From positions 31,995 through 95,994 of the forward strand of contig CAXMOZ010000015.1 in the NCBI GenBank assembly GCA_964195315.1: a stretch of DNA of 64,000 nucleotides. Reading direction: 5' to 3'. Origin of the DNA: an uncultured Acidimicrobiia bacterium (GTDB lineage Bacteria > Pseudomonadota > Gammaproteobacteria > GCA-001735895). Below are positions 49,400-60,622 of this stretch, piece after piece. Each line of letters begins with the position of its first letter. The first letter of the stretch is position 1. The translations under genes and the position numbers were made by a program. The notes beneath the pieces were generated by a model. It was not told the DNA's origin. It worked only from the letters and a program-made list of their open reading frames with translations, and made no database searches.

Positions 49400-50656
49400 A
49401 TGAATCTTAGCGACCTTAAGCAAAAAACCGTTCCCGAATTGATCGATATACTCAAAGGCATGGGTGGTGATCATTCTTCACGCATGCGTCGGCAGGATAT
49501 TATCTTTAGTATCTTGAAGGCTCAAGCTAAAAAGGGCGAAGATATTTTCAGTGAAGGTGTATTGGAAATATTACAGGATGGTTTTGGTTTCTTACGATCT
49601 GCCGATAGCTCCTACCTGGCCGGCCCAGATGATATCTATGTTTCGCCGAGTCAGATAAGACGTTTTAACTTACGTACTGGCGACACTATTAGTGGGAAAA
49701 TCAGACCACCGAAAGATAATGAACGTTATTTCGCGCTGCTTAAAGTTGATCAAATCAACTTCGATCTGCCTGAAAATGTCAAACACAAAGTCTTGTTCGA
49801 AAACTTAACACCATTGCATGCCAATAGTCGCCTCACGCTTGAACGAGGCAATGGCAGCACTGAAGATATTACCGCTCGAATTATAGATCTGGTTTCTCCA
49901 ATCGGTAAAGGCCAGCGTGGTTTGGTGGTTTCGCCACCGAAGGCTGGTAAAACATTAATGCTGCAAAATATTGCGCAAAGCATCGCTAGTAATCATCCTG
50001 AGTGTTACCTGATTGTTCTATTGATAGATGAACGCCCTGAGGAGGTCACCGAAATGGAGCGTATGGTTAAAGGCGAAGTGGTTGCTTCTACTTTTGATGA
50101 ACCTGCCAGTCGCCATGTTCAAGTAGCCGAGATGGTGATCGAAAAGGCTAAGCGCCTGGTTGAGCATAAGATTGATGTAGTAATTTTGCTCGATTCTATC
50201 ACTCGTTTGGCACGTGCTTACAATACGACTATTCCATCATCAGGTAAGGTCTTGACCGGTGGTGTTGATGCTCATGCATTACATCGTCCAAAACGTTTTT
50301 TTGGTGCGGCTCGTAATATCGAAGAAGGTGGTAGTTTGACCATTATCGCCACCGCTTTGGTTGAAACTGGCTCGAAGATGGATGAGGTTATCTACGAAGA
50401 ATTTAAAGGTACTGGTAATATGGAGATCCACATGGATCGAAAAATTGCTGAAAAACGAGTATTTCCTGCACTTAATATCAATCGTTCAGGCACGCGCCGT
50501 GAAGAATTATTGCTAGGTCAGGAAGAGCTGCAAAAAGTATGGATATTGCGTAAGTTCTTGCATTCAATGGATGAAATCGATGCGATGGAATTTGTACTGG
50601 GCCGCATGCAAAATAGTAAGACCAATGTAGAGTTTTTTGATCAAATGAAGAAGTAG
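49400..50656 (+). CDS. rho: Transcription termination factor Rho
   Basis: 418-aa ORF: [22 protein letters not shown]…, Walker A (SPPKAGKT) and an RNA-binding N-domain. It has the conserved position after trxA. Confidence 0.95.
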   Translation: MNLSDLKQKTVPELIDILKGMGGDHSSRMRRQDIIFSILKAQAKKGEDIFSEGVLEILQDGFGFLRSADSSYLAGPDDIYVSPSQIRRFNLRTGDTISGKIRPPKDNERYFALLKVDQINFDLPENVKHKVLFENLTPLHANSRLTLERGNGSTEDITARIIDLVSPIGKGQRGLVVSPPKAGKTLMLQNIAQSIASNHPECYLIVLLIDERPEEVTEMERMVKGEVVASTFDEPASRHVQVAEMVIEKAKRLVEHKIDVVILLDSITRLARAYNTTIPSSGKVLTGGVDAHALHRPKRFFGAARNIEEGGSLTIIATALVETGSKMDEVIYEEFKGTGNMEIHMDRKIAEKRVFPALNINRSGTRREELLLGQEELQKVWILRKFLHSMDEIDAMEFVLGRMQNSKTNVEFFDQMKK

Positions 50657-50659
50657 ATT

Positions 50660-51211
50660 ATGCCTAAGGTTGATTCGACTATAGTTGACTCAATCAGGAT
50701 TGATTCGACCCGGGTTCATTCGATTGAACCGATTATAGGTCACAATCCGCGCATTATGATACTCGGCAGCATGCCGGGTATCATTTCGATTAATGCCTCG
50801 CAATATTATGCAAACCCTCGCAATTTGTTCTGGACCGTTCTAGCTGATTTATTTGGTATCGATATCGATTGCAGCTACGAATATAGAGTGCAGCAGATGC
50901 TAGAGCTACCTATCATTCTTTGGGATACGTTAAAATCTTGTCATCGCGAAGGTAGTCTCGATTCTAAAATCCTCAATACCAATATCGAAGCCAATGATAT
51001 TGCCGCTTTATTGAAGCAATTCCCAACCCTTCAGGCGATTGCATTTAATGGTGGCGCATCGGAGAAATATTTTGATCGGTTGGTAAAACCTCAGTTAGCG
51101 AATGATCTGGATATTGAATTACTTAAAATGCCTTCGACAAGTCCAGCCAATGCGGGCATGAAGCGAGAGCAAAAACTGGAAAGCTGGCGAAGGCTGTGCC
51201 GATTTATTTAG
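50660..51211 (+). CDS. Hypoxanthine-DNA glycosylase-like protein (UDG superfamily, family-6-like)
   Basis: 183-aa ORF with motifs ILGSMPG…S…YYANPRNLFW resembling DNA-deoxyinosine glycosylases. By-eye assignment only. Confidence 0.5.
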   Translation: MPKVDSTIVDSIRIDSTRVHSIEPIIGHNPRIMILGSMPGIISINASQYYANPRNLFWTVLADLFGIDIDCSYEYRVQQMLELPIILWDTLKSCHREGSLDSKILNTNIEANDIAALLKQFPTLQAIAFNGGASEKYFDRLVKPQLANDLDIELLKMPSTSPANAGMKREQKLESWRRLCRFI

Positions 51212-51632
51212 GCTTAGCGGCCGGTTTTGGGAAACCTTCGAATTTGGGTGATTGTGATACCGCGTCATACCAGTCAGCCCTGTTACCCCAAAATATATTA
51301 TCTTCAGGCCGAATGCCTGGATCTTCGCTCAAGCTTCCAGCTGGTATAATTAATTTTCCACTTTTAGCGCTGGTATAAGGCACCAGAGAGCCGCAATGAC
51401 TGCAGAAACTCTTTGATATAACATTAGGTTCATCTGGGATGAATGAAGTGATTTGATCTTCACCTGATAGCCATTCCAGGCGATCTGGAGTGGTGAATAT
51501 ATTGGAAGCATGTGCGCTACCCGTCGAGCGCTGACATTGGCTGCAATGGCATATATGAAAGGCGCTAAAAGGACCAGTTGCGGTGTATCGTACTTTACCG
51601 CAAAGACAACTGCCTTTTACTTTATTTTCCAT
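51204..51632 (-). CDS. GFA-family protein (glutathione-dependent formaldehyde-activating/CENP-V-like zinc domain)
   Basis: 142-aa ORF with a Cys pattern of two zinc sites (CLCGKV…, CHCSQCQ…, CSHCGS). Confidence 0.7.
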   Translation of the reverse strand: MENKVKGSCLCGKVRYTATGPFSAFHICHCSQCQRSTGSAHASNIFTTPDRLEWLSGEDQITSFIPDEPNVISKSFCSHCGSLVPYTSAKSGKLIIPAGSLSEDPGIRPEDNIFWGNRADWYDAVSQSPKFEGFPKPAAKPK

Positions 51633-51640
51633 TGTTTCAA

Positions 51641-52810
51641 TTACCTCAAGGTTAATTTATTTTGACTCTCGATGAGTCGCCGAATGACTTCATCGAAATA
51701 GCTTTGATCAATATTGGCAAAGGCAAACCGAATAAAGTCATCTTGTTGTTCTCCAAAATAACTGCCGGGCAGGGTGATGATCTCAAAATCCTCAATGAGA
51801 CGTTTGACGACTTCTCGAGATGGCTGTTTAAAAGGGTGTTCGACGTAGGCAAAATAGGCGCCAGCAGAGACGAGTCGATATTTAAGCTCGGGGTGTTGGA
51901 AAGCGGTTTTAATAGCGACGGCTCTTTGTTGTAGTTGTTGTGCTTTTTCGGCTTTCCAATCGTCCAGATTTTGCAGCCCATAGAGAGCGGCTAACTGGCC
52001 GACATGAGGCGCACTAATAGCCGTACAATCCTGTACTTTTTTCATTTGATCAAAGAATGCGGAACCGCCTGCAACAGCACCTGTGCGATATCCGGTGAGG
52101 CTGAATACCTTTGAAAAACTGTATAAATGGATAAAGTTATCACCCCAGTCCGAGTGTTGGAATAACTTATGAGGCGGCTCTGAGCTATCTAGAAAATCGC
52201 GGTAAGTCTCGTCGACTATTAATGCAATATTATGTTGTTTGGCAATTTGATAAAAAGCTTCGATGCATTCCGGCGGATAGATGGCACCGGTTGGATTGTT
52301 AGGTGTTACCAATACAATCGCTCTGGTTTTTGAATTAATTAGTGGTGCTGCGAGGTTATGATCGGGTATCGCTGTTTTTGTGTTAAACGGCAAAAACTGA
52401 GTTTTAACACCTCGGGCAGATAACCACATTTCGTGATTGAAATAACACGGAAGCGCTATGATCACTTCATCCCCTGTGGTGCAAAGTGTGTCGATGGCTG
52501 AGCAAAAGGCCTGATTGCATCCAGCCGTTATCATCAAGTCTTCAGCATTGATATTGGCTTGATAGCGACGATTAATGTTATCGGAAAGTGCCTCGCGTAA
52601 CGGTAAAACTCCACTGATATCAGTGTAAGTTGTACCTTCGCCTTGCTTGATTAACTCGGCGAGATGATCGAGCAATGATTGCGCCGGAAGATGTCCAGGC
52701 ACAGCCTGGCACATATCGATGAGGCGGTCTGATGTCGGATTAGTGACCCATGACCAGGCTTCGGCAATTGGTGCGGATGCGCATTCGATAACATTTGGAT
52801 TGAAGTTCAT
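51641..52810 (-). CDS. PLP-dependent aminotransferase, class I/II (MalY/YbdL/kynurenine-aminotransferase-like)
   Basis: 389-aa ORF with an NPTG motif (VTPNNPTGAIY) and a PLP-Lys region (YSFSKVFSLTGYRTG). Confidence 0.7.
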   Translation of the reverse strand: MNFNPNVIECASAPIAEAWSWVTNPTSDRLIDMCQAVPGHLPAQSLLDHLAELIKQGEGTTYTDISGVLPLREALSDNINRRYQANINAEDLMITAGCNQAFCSAIDTLCTTGDEVIIALPCYFNHEMWLSARGVKTQFLPFNTKTAIPDHNLAAPLINSKTRAIVLVTPNNPTGAIYPPECIEAFYQIAKQHNIALIVDETYRDFLDSSEPPHKLFQHSDWGDNFIHLYSFSKVFSLTGYRTGAVAGGSAFFDQMKKVQDCTAISAPHVGQLAALYGLQNLDDWKAEKAQQLQQRAVAIKTAFQHPELKYRLVSAGAYFAYVEHPFKQPSREVVKRLIEDFEIITLPGSYFGEQQDDFIRFAFANIDQSYFDEVIRRLIESQNKLTLR

Positions 52811-53125
52811 TGTAATTCCACGTGATTTTCGGTTGGATGATATGGAATTATGACTTTAATGGCTAGAGGGCTGTCGGGTTTAGGGTGAATCTAGAGCAGA
52901 AAATTCATTTCGGCCAGCGCTTCTTATTCAGTTCATTGAGTGGAATAACTATACCCAAAGCATTCGCTGCGCTCATGGGGCAGGCCCTCGGCCTCATTCG
53001 ATTAGACAATCTGATTCAAAATGACTTTCCACTCACTATGTTATCTTAAATCCGACAAAATCCTAGTGCTGTTGACCATGCTGTCGTAACATAATGTGAC
53101 CTTTTTCGATTGATTGGAACGCCAA

Positions 53126-53566
53126 ATGAAATATTTGCATACCATGGTGAGAGTTAATGATCTTGACGCGTCTCTGGCATTTTATTGTGATTTGCTGGGG
53201 CTGGTTGAGACCAGTCGAACTGTTTATGAAAAGGATGAATTTACGCTAGTGTTTTTAGCAGCGCCAAATGACGTTGCCCAGGTTGAAGCGGAGCGAGCAC
53301 CATTGCTAGAGCTGACTTACAACTGGGGCGGCGAGGTTTTTCAAGGGGGTAGAAACTTTGGTCATTTAGCCTTTGCAGTGGATGATATTTACGCCTTATG
53401 CCAAAAGATGCTGGATAACAATGTAACCTTAAACGTACCTCCGAGAGATGGCCACATGGCTTTTGTTCGCTCGCCCGATAATATATCGATTGAGTTATTA
53501 CAAAATGGCAATGCTTTGCCAGTGAGCGAGCCTTGGCAATCTATGTCGGTTACTGGGGAATGGTAG
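53126..53566 (+). CDS. gloA: Lactoylglutathione lyase (glyoxalase I, VOC family)
   Basis: MKYLHTMVRVNDLDASLAFYCDLLGL… is collinear with E. coli GloA ([20 protein letters not shown]…). The start was moved to the ATG at 53126; the track begins at an upstream TTG. Confidence 0.75.
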   Translation: MKYLHTMVRVNDLDASLAFYCDLLGLVETSRTVYEKDEFTLVFLAAPNDVAQVEAERAPLLELTYNWGGEVFQGGRNFGHLAFAVDDIYALCQKMLDNNVTLNVPPRDGHMAFVRSPDNISIELLQNGNALPVSEPWQSMSVTGEW

Positions 53567-53746
53567 GCCAGTAGAAAAGCTCGATGTGCCGAGTCGACAT
53601 TGCAGGCTTGAATTTGCCCCCATCTTTCTAACTTGATACATTGATATAATAATCACAGATTAGCTATATAGAACAACAGTTTCAGTTTGATTTGCTTTGG
53701 GCTCGCAAAAACGATTGGTTCTTAATGCAAGCGTGACGGAACAGAT

Positions 53747-53797
53747 CACTGCAACGCAACTATTGCACCATGATGGTGCGATAGTTGCGTTGCAGTG
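53747..53797. promoter_or_regulatory. Large near-perfect palindrome in the glgC upstream region (candidate operator or RNA hairpin)
   Basis: Arms cactgcaacgcaactattgca… / …tgcgatagttgcgttgcagtg: about 20-bp arms with one mismatch and a roughly 7-nt spacer, about 115 bp upstream of the glgC ATG. Confidence 0.5.
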
Positions 53798-53912
53798 CGC
53801 TCTGCAGGATAGTAATTTATCATGTATTAGTAAGATTGCTTTTATGGTGGTTCGGATGCAGTACAGCAGCTCGGGCAGCTATAGTGAATAATATAACGCA
53901 AGGATACCTATT

Positions 53913-55187
53913 ATGAAAACAACCAATCAGAGCCGCTACGTCAGCCGTCTTGCAAGCGAAACCTTAGCACTGGTATTAGCCGGAGGTCGTGGCTCGCGCT
54001 TATACGAACTCACCGACTGGCGAGCAAAACCGGCAGTCCCCTTCGGTGGCAAATTCCGCATCATCGATTTTCCACTTTCAAACTGTATCAACACTGGCAT
54101 TCGCCGCATTGGTGTTTTGACCCAATACAAGGCTCATTCGTTGATTCGTCATCTGGTTCGTGGCTGGAGTCGTTTCGATAGTGAGCTAGACGAATTTGTC
54201 GAAATTTTGCCTGCTTCACAGCGCGCAGGTGGCGAGTGGTATCAAGGCACTGCAGACGCTGTTTTTCAAAATCTCGACATCATGCGTACGCATCGACCCA
54301 AATATGTATTGATCTTGTCGGGAGACCATATCTACAAGATGGATTACGGTGACATGCTTGCCACCCATCATGAAAAAAAATCTGATATGACTATTGCTTG
54401 TCTTGAAGTGCCAATCGAAGAGGCCGCAGGTGCATTTGGTGTGATGACGGTTGACGAGTCTGGTCGTATTATCGAGTTTAATGAGAAACCGGCCCATCCT
54501 GCAGAGATACCTGGTCAGCCGGGATTTTGTCTCGCCTCGATGGGTAACTACTTATTTAATACTGAGTTTCTTTATGAGCAGCTTATTAAAGATGCCGACA
54601 CTTCAAAATCTACTCATGATTTTGGAAAAGACATTATCCCTTCGGTGATCGACAAGTATCAAGTTCATGCCTACCCGTTTCGTGACATGGATACCGGCGA
54701 ACGCGCTTATTGGCGTGACGTTGGAACACTGGATGCTTTCTGGGAGGCGAATATGGAATTGGTCAACGTTACGCCAGAATTAAATCTCTACGATCAACGC
54801 TGGCCGATTCTGACCCATCAAGCTCAAATGCCACCAGCCAAGTTTGTATTTGATCTTGATGAGCGTCGCGGCATGGCAACCGACTCAATGGTATCAGGAG
54901 GCTGCGTGATTTCCGGTGCGACGGTGAAACATTCGTTATTATTTTCCAACGTACGTGTCCACTCTTATGCAGAAATAACCGATAGTGTCATCTTGCCGGA
55001 TGTCGATATAGGCCAAAATGCGAAGATTCACAAAGCCATTATCGATCGAGGTTGCACCATTGAAGAAGGCATGGTGATTGGCCACGATCACGAAGAAGAT
55101 AAAAAACGCGGCTTTCGAGTAACCGAAAAAGGTATCGTATTGGTGACGCCAGATATGTTAAACCAAAACACCCACCTGAGTCGTTAG
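53913..55187 (+). CDS. glgC: Glucose-1-phosphate adenylyltransferase
   Basis: 424-aa ORF: [43 protein letters not shown]…, the canonical ADP-glucose pyrophosphorylase N-terminus. Confidence 0.95.
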   Translation: MKTTNQSRYVSRLASETLALVLAGGRGSRLYELTDWRAKPAVPFGGKFRIIDFPLSNCINTGIRRIGVLTQYKAHSLIRHLVRGWSRFDSELDEFVEILPASQRAGGEWYQGTADAVFQNLDIMRTHRPKYVLILSGDHIYKMDYGDMLATHHEKKSDMTIACLEVPIEEAAGAFGVMTVDESGRIIEFNEKPAHPAEIPGQPGFCLASMGNYLFNTEFLYEQLIKDADTSKSTHDFGKDIIPSVIDKYQVHAYPFRDMDTGERAYWRDVGTLDAFWEANMELVNVTPELNLYDQRWPILTHQAQMPPAKFVFDLDERRGMATDSMVSGGCVISGATVKHSLLFSNVRVHSYAEITDSVILPDVDIGQNAKIHKAIIDRGCTIEEGMVIGHDHEEDKKRGFRVTEKGIVLVTPDMLNQNTHLSR

Positions 55188-56842
<1,655 letters not shown>

Positions 56843-56843
<1 letters not shown>

Positions 56844-58399
56844 TGGCCCATATTCTAATGATCTCGGCGGAGAACGGCGCCTTACCTGGCGGCAAGGTAG
56901 GCGGCATCGGCGACGTCGTACGAGAATTGCCTACCGCTTTGGCAAAACGCAATAATACCGTGTCAGTACTGACACCCGGTTATGGCATATTCGGTAATCT
57001 GTCCGGTGCCCAACTACTGCAACAGCTAACCGTGAGATTTGCAGGCCGCACAGAATCACTCGAGCTATATTTTCTGGACGGTATGAGTCGTGATCGCAAG
57101 ATACGTCACTACGCTATCGATCATCCCCTGTTTAGCAGCGCTGGTATTGGAAAAATATATTGTGATGATCCACCGTCAAGGCCATTTGAAAGTGATGCGA
57201 GTAAATTTGCATTATTTTGCACAGCAGTAGCCGAAGCGCTGCGTAATGCCGCATTTGGTGATATCGGCGCCGTGCATCTACACGATTGGCACGCCGCTTT
57301 TTTACTTATTTTGCGTCGTTACGATCCCGTTTATCGCTCGCTGCAAGCACTACGCTGCGTTTACAGCATTCACAATCTGGCGATTCAAGGTATTCGGCCT
57401 TTTGTCGGGCAAGAATCTTCGTTAGACGCCTGGTTTCCAGATCTGGTGTACCCGCGCCAACAACTCGCCGACCCTAGGTGGGCCGACTGCGTTAATCCGA
57501 TGGCGGCCGCGATACGCCTGGCTGATGCGGTGAATACGGTATCACCGAGTTATGCCGAGGAAATTCTGAGTCCTAGTGATGCCAGGCGTGGCTATTACGG
57601 TGGTGAAGGACTGGAACATGACTTACAGCAAGCGAAGGACGAACATCGGTTATTTGGTATTCTTAATGGCTGTGAATATCCGCGCAAGAAAAAACCTGTC
57701 CTGCCTGACTGGTCTGCATTACGGCAGGCTATGCACCAACAAGTTTTAGTCTGGGCGAGCCAGCAACCTTTGGTGGCAAACGCACATTTCATCGCCAATC
57801 AATCGATCGCTCAACTGAAACATGATCGCCCCCCTATGGTGATTACCAGTGTCGGCCGAATAACTGACCAGAAGGTTGGTTTAATGCGTCAAACCACTGC
57901 CTCGGGTCAACCAGCCTTGCATGCCGTATTGGACGCAATGGGCGAAGCAGCAACGTTTTTGATGATCGGAAGTGGCGATACCGACAGCGAACAATTCTTG
58001 ATAGAAACGTCTGCCCGTTATAGCAATTTTGTATTCCTTCGGGGCTATTCGGAGGCGCTTGGCAACGCCTTTTACGAGCAAGGTGACTTATTCTTTATGC
58101 CCAGTTCTTTCGAGCCTTGCGGCATCAGCCAGATGCTCGCTTTGCGCTCTGGACAGCCCTGTTTGGTTCATGCCGTAGGCGGTTTGCGCGATACTATCGA
58201 TGACAATAAAACGGGTTTTGTTTTTACGGGGTCTAACCCAACTGAACAAGCCGACGCACTGGTCGCTACGCTACAACGTGCGTTGACCCTATACCAGACA
58301 AAACCGGCGCAGTGGAAAACTATGCGTAAGTCAGCGGCAGCCGCAAGATTCAAATGGGCCGATAGTATCGACGCCTATTTAGAACAGCTTTATCAATAA
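56843..58399 (+). CDS. glgA: Glycogen synthase (GT5, ADP-glucose-type)
   Basis: 518-aa ORF with an N-terminal K-x-GG motif (GGKVGGIGDV). Its position between pgm and glgB fits; its start overlaps the pgm stop. Confidence 0.85.
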
Positions 58400-58417
58400 T
58401 CACAAACCGATAACATC

Positions 58418-60592
58418 ATGACTACTCAGGCATTTGAAATCGAATCTATCGTGCAAGGACATCACGGAGACCCTTTTAAAATATTGGGGCCGCATAGCGC
58501 GACCAAAAACTGGGTAGTACGAAGCTGGCAGCCACAGGCTGACTCGGTCGAACTACTCGACGTCAACGATAAATTACTCACCAAGATGAAACGGGTGCAT
58601 AAGGGCGGTCTATTCGAAGCCCGCTTGCCTTTGCCTATGGTGGCTTATCGTTTATCGCTTAGCGAAAATGGCCATCGTCATATTATCGACGATCCCTATC
58701 GCTTCGCCTCGCCGCTGGGTGATCTTGATCATCATCTAATGCGAGAGGGCAAACAACGTAATTTATCGAATAAGCTGGGCGCGCATGTGATTCAAATCGA
58801 TGGTGTCAAAGGCGTGCATTTTGCGGTGTGGGCACCCAATGCCAGTCGCCTCAGTGTGATCGGATTATTCAATGGCTGGGATGGCCGTCGACATCCTATG
58901 CGTCTGCACCCGACAGCAGGTGTTTGGGATATATTCATTCCAGGCCTCGCATCGGGTGACTATTATAAATACGAAATTCTCGATGCCAGTGGTGATTTGC
59001 TGCCACTCAAGGCTGATCCATTTGCGCAGCACATGGAATTGGCACCGGGCAATGCATCGATTGTATATGACCATCACCATGACTATGAATGGCAGGATAG
59101 CCAATGGCTAGCCGAAAGGGCTGATAACAATACGCTCGAAAGCCCGATGGCAATCTACGAGGTACATCTCGGTTCATGGCGTCGACAGGCTGAAGACAAT
59201 CAACTACTCAGCTACCGAGAACTTGCTACAAGCCTGGTCGACTATGTTAAAGAAATGGGGTTTACCCATATCGAATTATTACCCATTACCGAATATCCCT
59301 TCGATGGCTCCTGGGGCTATCAGCCAGTGGGTTTGTTCGCGCCTACCGCGCGCTTTGGTGAACCGCAGGATTTTAAGTTTTTTGTCGATAGTTGCCACCA
59401 GAAAGGTATTGGCGTAATCATCGACTGGGTGCCCGCGCATTTTCCGCGAGATGAATTTGGTCTGGGGCAATTCGATGGTAGTCATCTTTACGAACACGCC
59501 GATCCGCGTCAGGGTGCCCATCCTGACTGGGGCACGTTGATATTTAATTTTGGCCGTGCCGAGGTCGTCAACTATTTGATAGCGAATGCTCTATTCTGGG
59601 TCGAGACCTATCATATCGACGCATTGCGGGTCGATGCCGTGGCTTCGATGTTGTATCTGGATTATTCCCGTGAAGACGGTGAATGGCTGCCCAACGAACA
59701 TGGCGGTAACGAAAATCTGGAAGCAGTTTCATTCCTGCGCTTAATGAATGAACAGGTGCATGCAACGGGCGCCATTACGATGGCCGAAGAATCGACCGCC
59801 TGGCCTGGCGTCTCTCATCCGCTCTACAAGGGTGGCCTGGGTTTCAGCTACAAATGGAATATGGGTTGGATGCACGACAGCCTGATCTACTTTGGCGAAG
59901 AGCCGGTACATCGGCGCTATCACCATGACAAAATAACATTTGGACTGCATTACGCTTTCAGTGAAAACTTTATCCTGCCGCTTTCACATGATGAAGTAGT
60001 GCATGGCAAAGGTTCGATGATTGAGCGTATGCCGGGTGATCACTGGCAGTCCTTTGCGAATTTGCGACTATATTACAGCTTTATGTACGCCCATCCAGGC
60101 AAAAAATTATTGTTTATGGGTTGCGAATTCGCCCAAAGGCGCGAATGGAACCATGATATTTCGCTAGACTGGCATCTGCTCGGTGAACCCGCACATGCCG
60201 GTGTTCAGCAGTTAGTCAAAGACTTAAACCATTTCTATCGTGATTGTGAAGCGCTCTACGAAATTGACTTTAGCGCCGAAGGTTTTGAGTGGATCGACTC
60301 CAGCGATAACGAGCAAGGTGTTATTGCGTTTATCCGCCGTGGCCTAAATCGCGAACAGTTCATCATAGCAATATGTAACATGACACCGGTAATACGCGAG
60401 AATTATCGCATCGGTGTGCCGCAAGCTGGGTGTTATCTCGAGCAAATTAATAGCGATGCAAGCACCTATGGTGGCAGCGGAGTTGGTAACCTCGGCAAGG
60501 TGCAGTCAGAGTCAATCGGTGCACATGGTCGAAACCACTCACTTAATTTAATACTACCGCCATTGGCGACTCTAATCCTAACTGTTGAATAA
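58418..60592 (+). CDS. glgB: 1,4-alpha-glucan branching enzyme
   Basis: 724-aa ORF with GH13 catalytic regions (…GVIIDWVPAHF…, …DALRVDAVASMLY…, …AEESTAWPGV…). Confidence 0.95.
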   Translation: MTTQAFEIESIVQGHHGDPFKILGPHSATKNWVVRSWQPQADSVELLDVNDKLLTKMKRVHKGGLFEARLPLPMVAYRLSLSENGHRHIIDDPYRFASPLGDLDHHLMREGKQRNLSNKLGAHVIQIDGVKGVHFAVWAPNASRLSVIGLFNGWDGRRHPMRLHPTAGVWDIFIPGLASGDYYKYEILDASGDLLPLKADPFAQHMELAPGNASIVYDHHHDYEWQDSQWLAERADNNTLESPMAIYEVHLGSWRRQAEDNQLLSYRELATSLVDYVKEMGFTHIELLPITEYPFDGSWGYQPVGLFAPTARFGEPQDFKFFVDSCHQKGIGVIIDWVPAHFPRDEFGLGQFDGSHLYEHADPRQGAHPDWGTLIFNFGRAEVVNYLIANALFWVETYHIDALRVDAVASMLYLDYSREDGEWLPNEHGGNENLEAVSFLRLMNEQVHATGAITMAEESTAWPGVSHPLYKGGLGFSYKWNMGWMHDSLIYFGEEPVHRRYHHDKITFGLHYAFSENFILPLSHDEVVHGKGSMIERMPGDHWQSFANLRLYYSFMYAHPGKKLLFMGCEFAQRREWNHDISLDWHLLGEPAHAGVQQLVKDLNHFYRDCEALYEIDFSAEGFEWIDSSDNEQGVIAFIRRGLNREQFIIAICNMTPVIRENYRIGVPQAGCYLEQINSDASTYGGSGVGNLGKVQSESIGAHGRNHSLNLILPPLATLILTVE

Positions 60593-60622
60593 ACACCGTT
60601 GCCGAACCGAGCTACCCGTAAT

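Noticed and set aside
53697-53891. 64-aa ORF in the glgC upstream region
   Set aside because: It overlaps the large palindrome, so its frame is a consequence of the dyad. It has no RBS. It is interpreted as non-coding regulatory DNA.
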